IMG/VR virus record: IMGVR_UViG_3300005512_000289
Location: 1 to 26,154 of that record
Direction: 5' to 3' (one strand)
DNA: 26,154 nucleotides
Origin: a virus
Taxonomy: Duplodnaviria; Caudoviricetes
Shown here: piece after piece, positions 26,089 to 26,154 of the stretch
Layout: every line of letters begins with the position of its first letter
Numbering within the stretch: position 1 is the stretch's first letter
Made by a program: the position numbers and the translations under genes
The notes under the pieces: generated by a model
The model's input: the letters and a program-made list of their open reading frames with translations, nothing else
What the model was told of the DNA's origin: nothing
Databases searched by the model: none

Positions 26089-26100
26089 GAACATACGTTC
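26089..26100. promoter_or_regulatory. Candidate LexA (SOS) box, GAAC-N4-GTTC type
   Basis: GAACATACGTTC in an apparently intergenic AT-rich context. Confidence 0.6.
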
Positions 26101-26111
26101 TTTTGTGTGAT

Positions 26112-26150
26112 AAAAAAAAGACTGCCGAACCCCGTCAAGAGTCCGGCAGT
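26112..26150 (-). terminator. Intrinsic terminator for a - strand gene outside the window
   Basis: - strand ACTGCCGGACTC-TTGACG-GGGTTCGGCAGT (12-bp stem with G-U pairs) followed by C and a run of T. Confidence 0.8.
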
Positions 26151-26154
26151 TAAT

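Larger units (their letters stand above)
25..26154. mobile_element. Tailed phage/prophage segment (siphovirus-like head, tail and lysis module plus adjacent accessory region)
   Basis: Canonical gene order terminase-portal-head-connector-tail-lysis with many overlapping stop/start codons; no tail sheath gene; no host housekeeping genes, integrase or att site visible. Confidence 0.95.

Noticed and set aside
24567-26139. CCCGTCAAG present at 24567 and 26131
   Set aside because: Only 9 bp with no extended similarity; compatible with chance

Overview
This window is the late (morphogenesis and lysis) region of a long-tailed, siphovirus-type phage or prophage. The + strand (25-23399) carries, in order: small and large terminase, portal, minor head protein, scaffold, decoration protein, a Mu gpT-like major capsid protein, head-tail connectors, tail terminator and tube, a tail chaperone with a -1 frameshift, tape measure protein, Dit, a Tal-like hub with a His-x-His needle, fibre/LamG adsorption genes and an atypical lysis region. 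The lysis region has two membrane proteins, a metallophosphoesterase, an exported SH3 protein and a TIM-barrel glycoside-hydrolase-like enzyme, but no recognisable amidase, peptidase or lysozyme. It is followed by a tnpA-less, N-terminally truncated IS200/IS605 tnpB element on the - strand, two small - strand genes (one an orphan HNH-type HTH domain), a non-coding array of six palindromes with an AT-rich CCACCA tract (origin-like), a GAAC-N4-GTTC LexA-type box and a terminator. A monoderm host such as Chloroflexota (Anaerolineae) is inferred, not shown. All protein calls come from motif recognition and gene order; no database searches were run.
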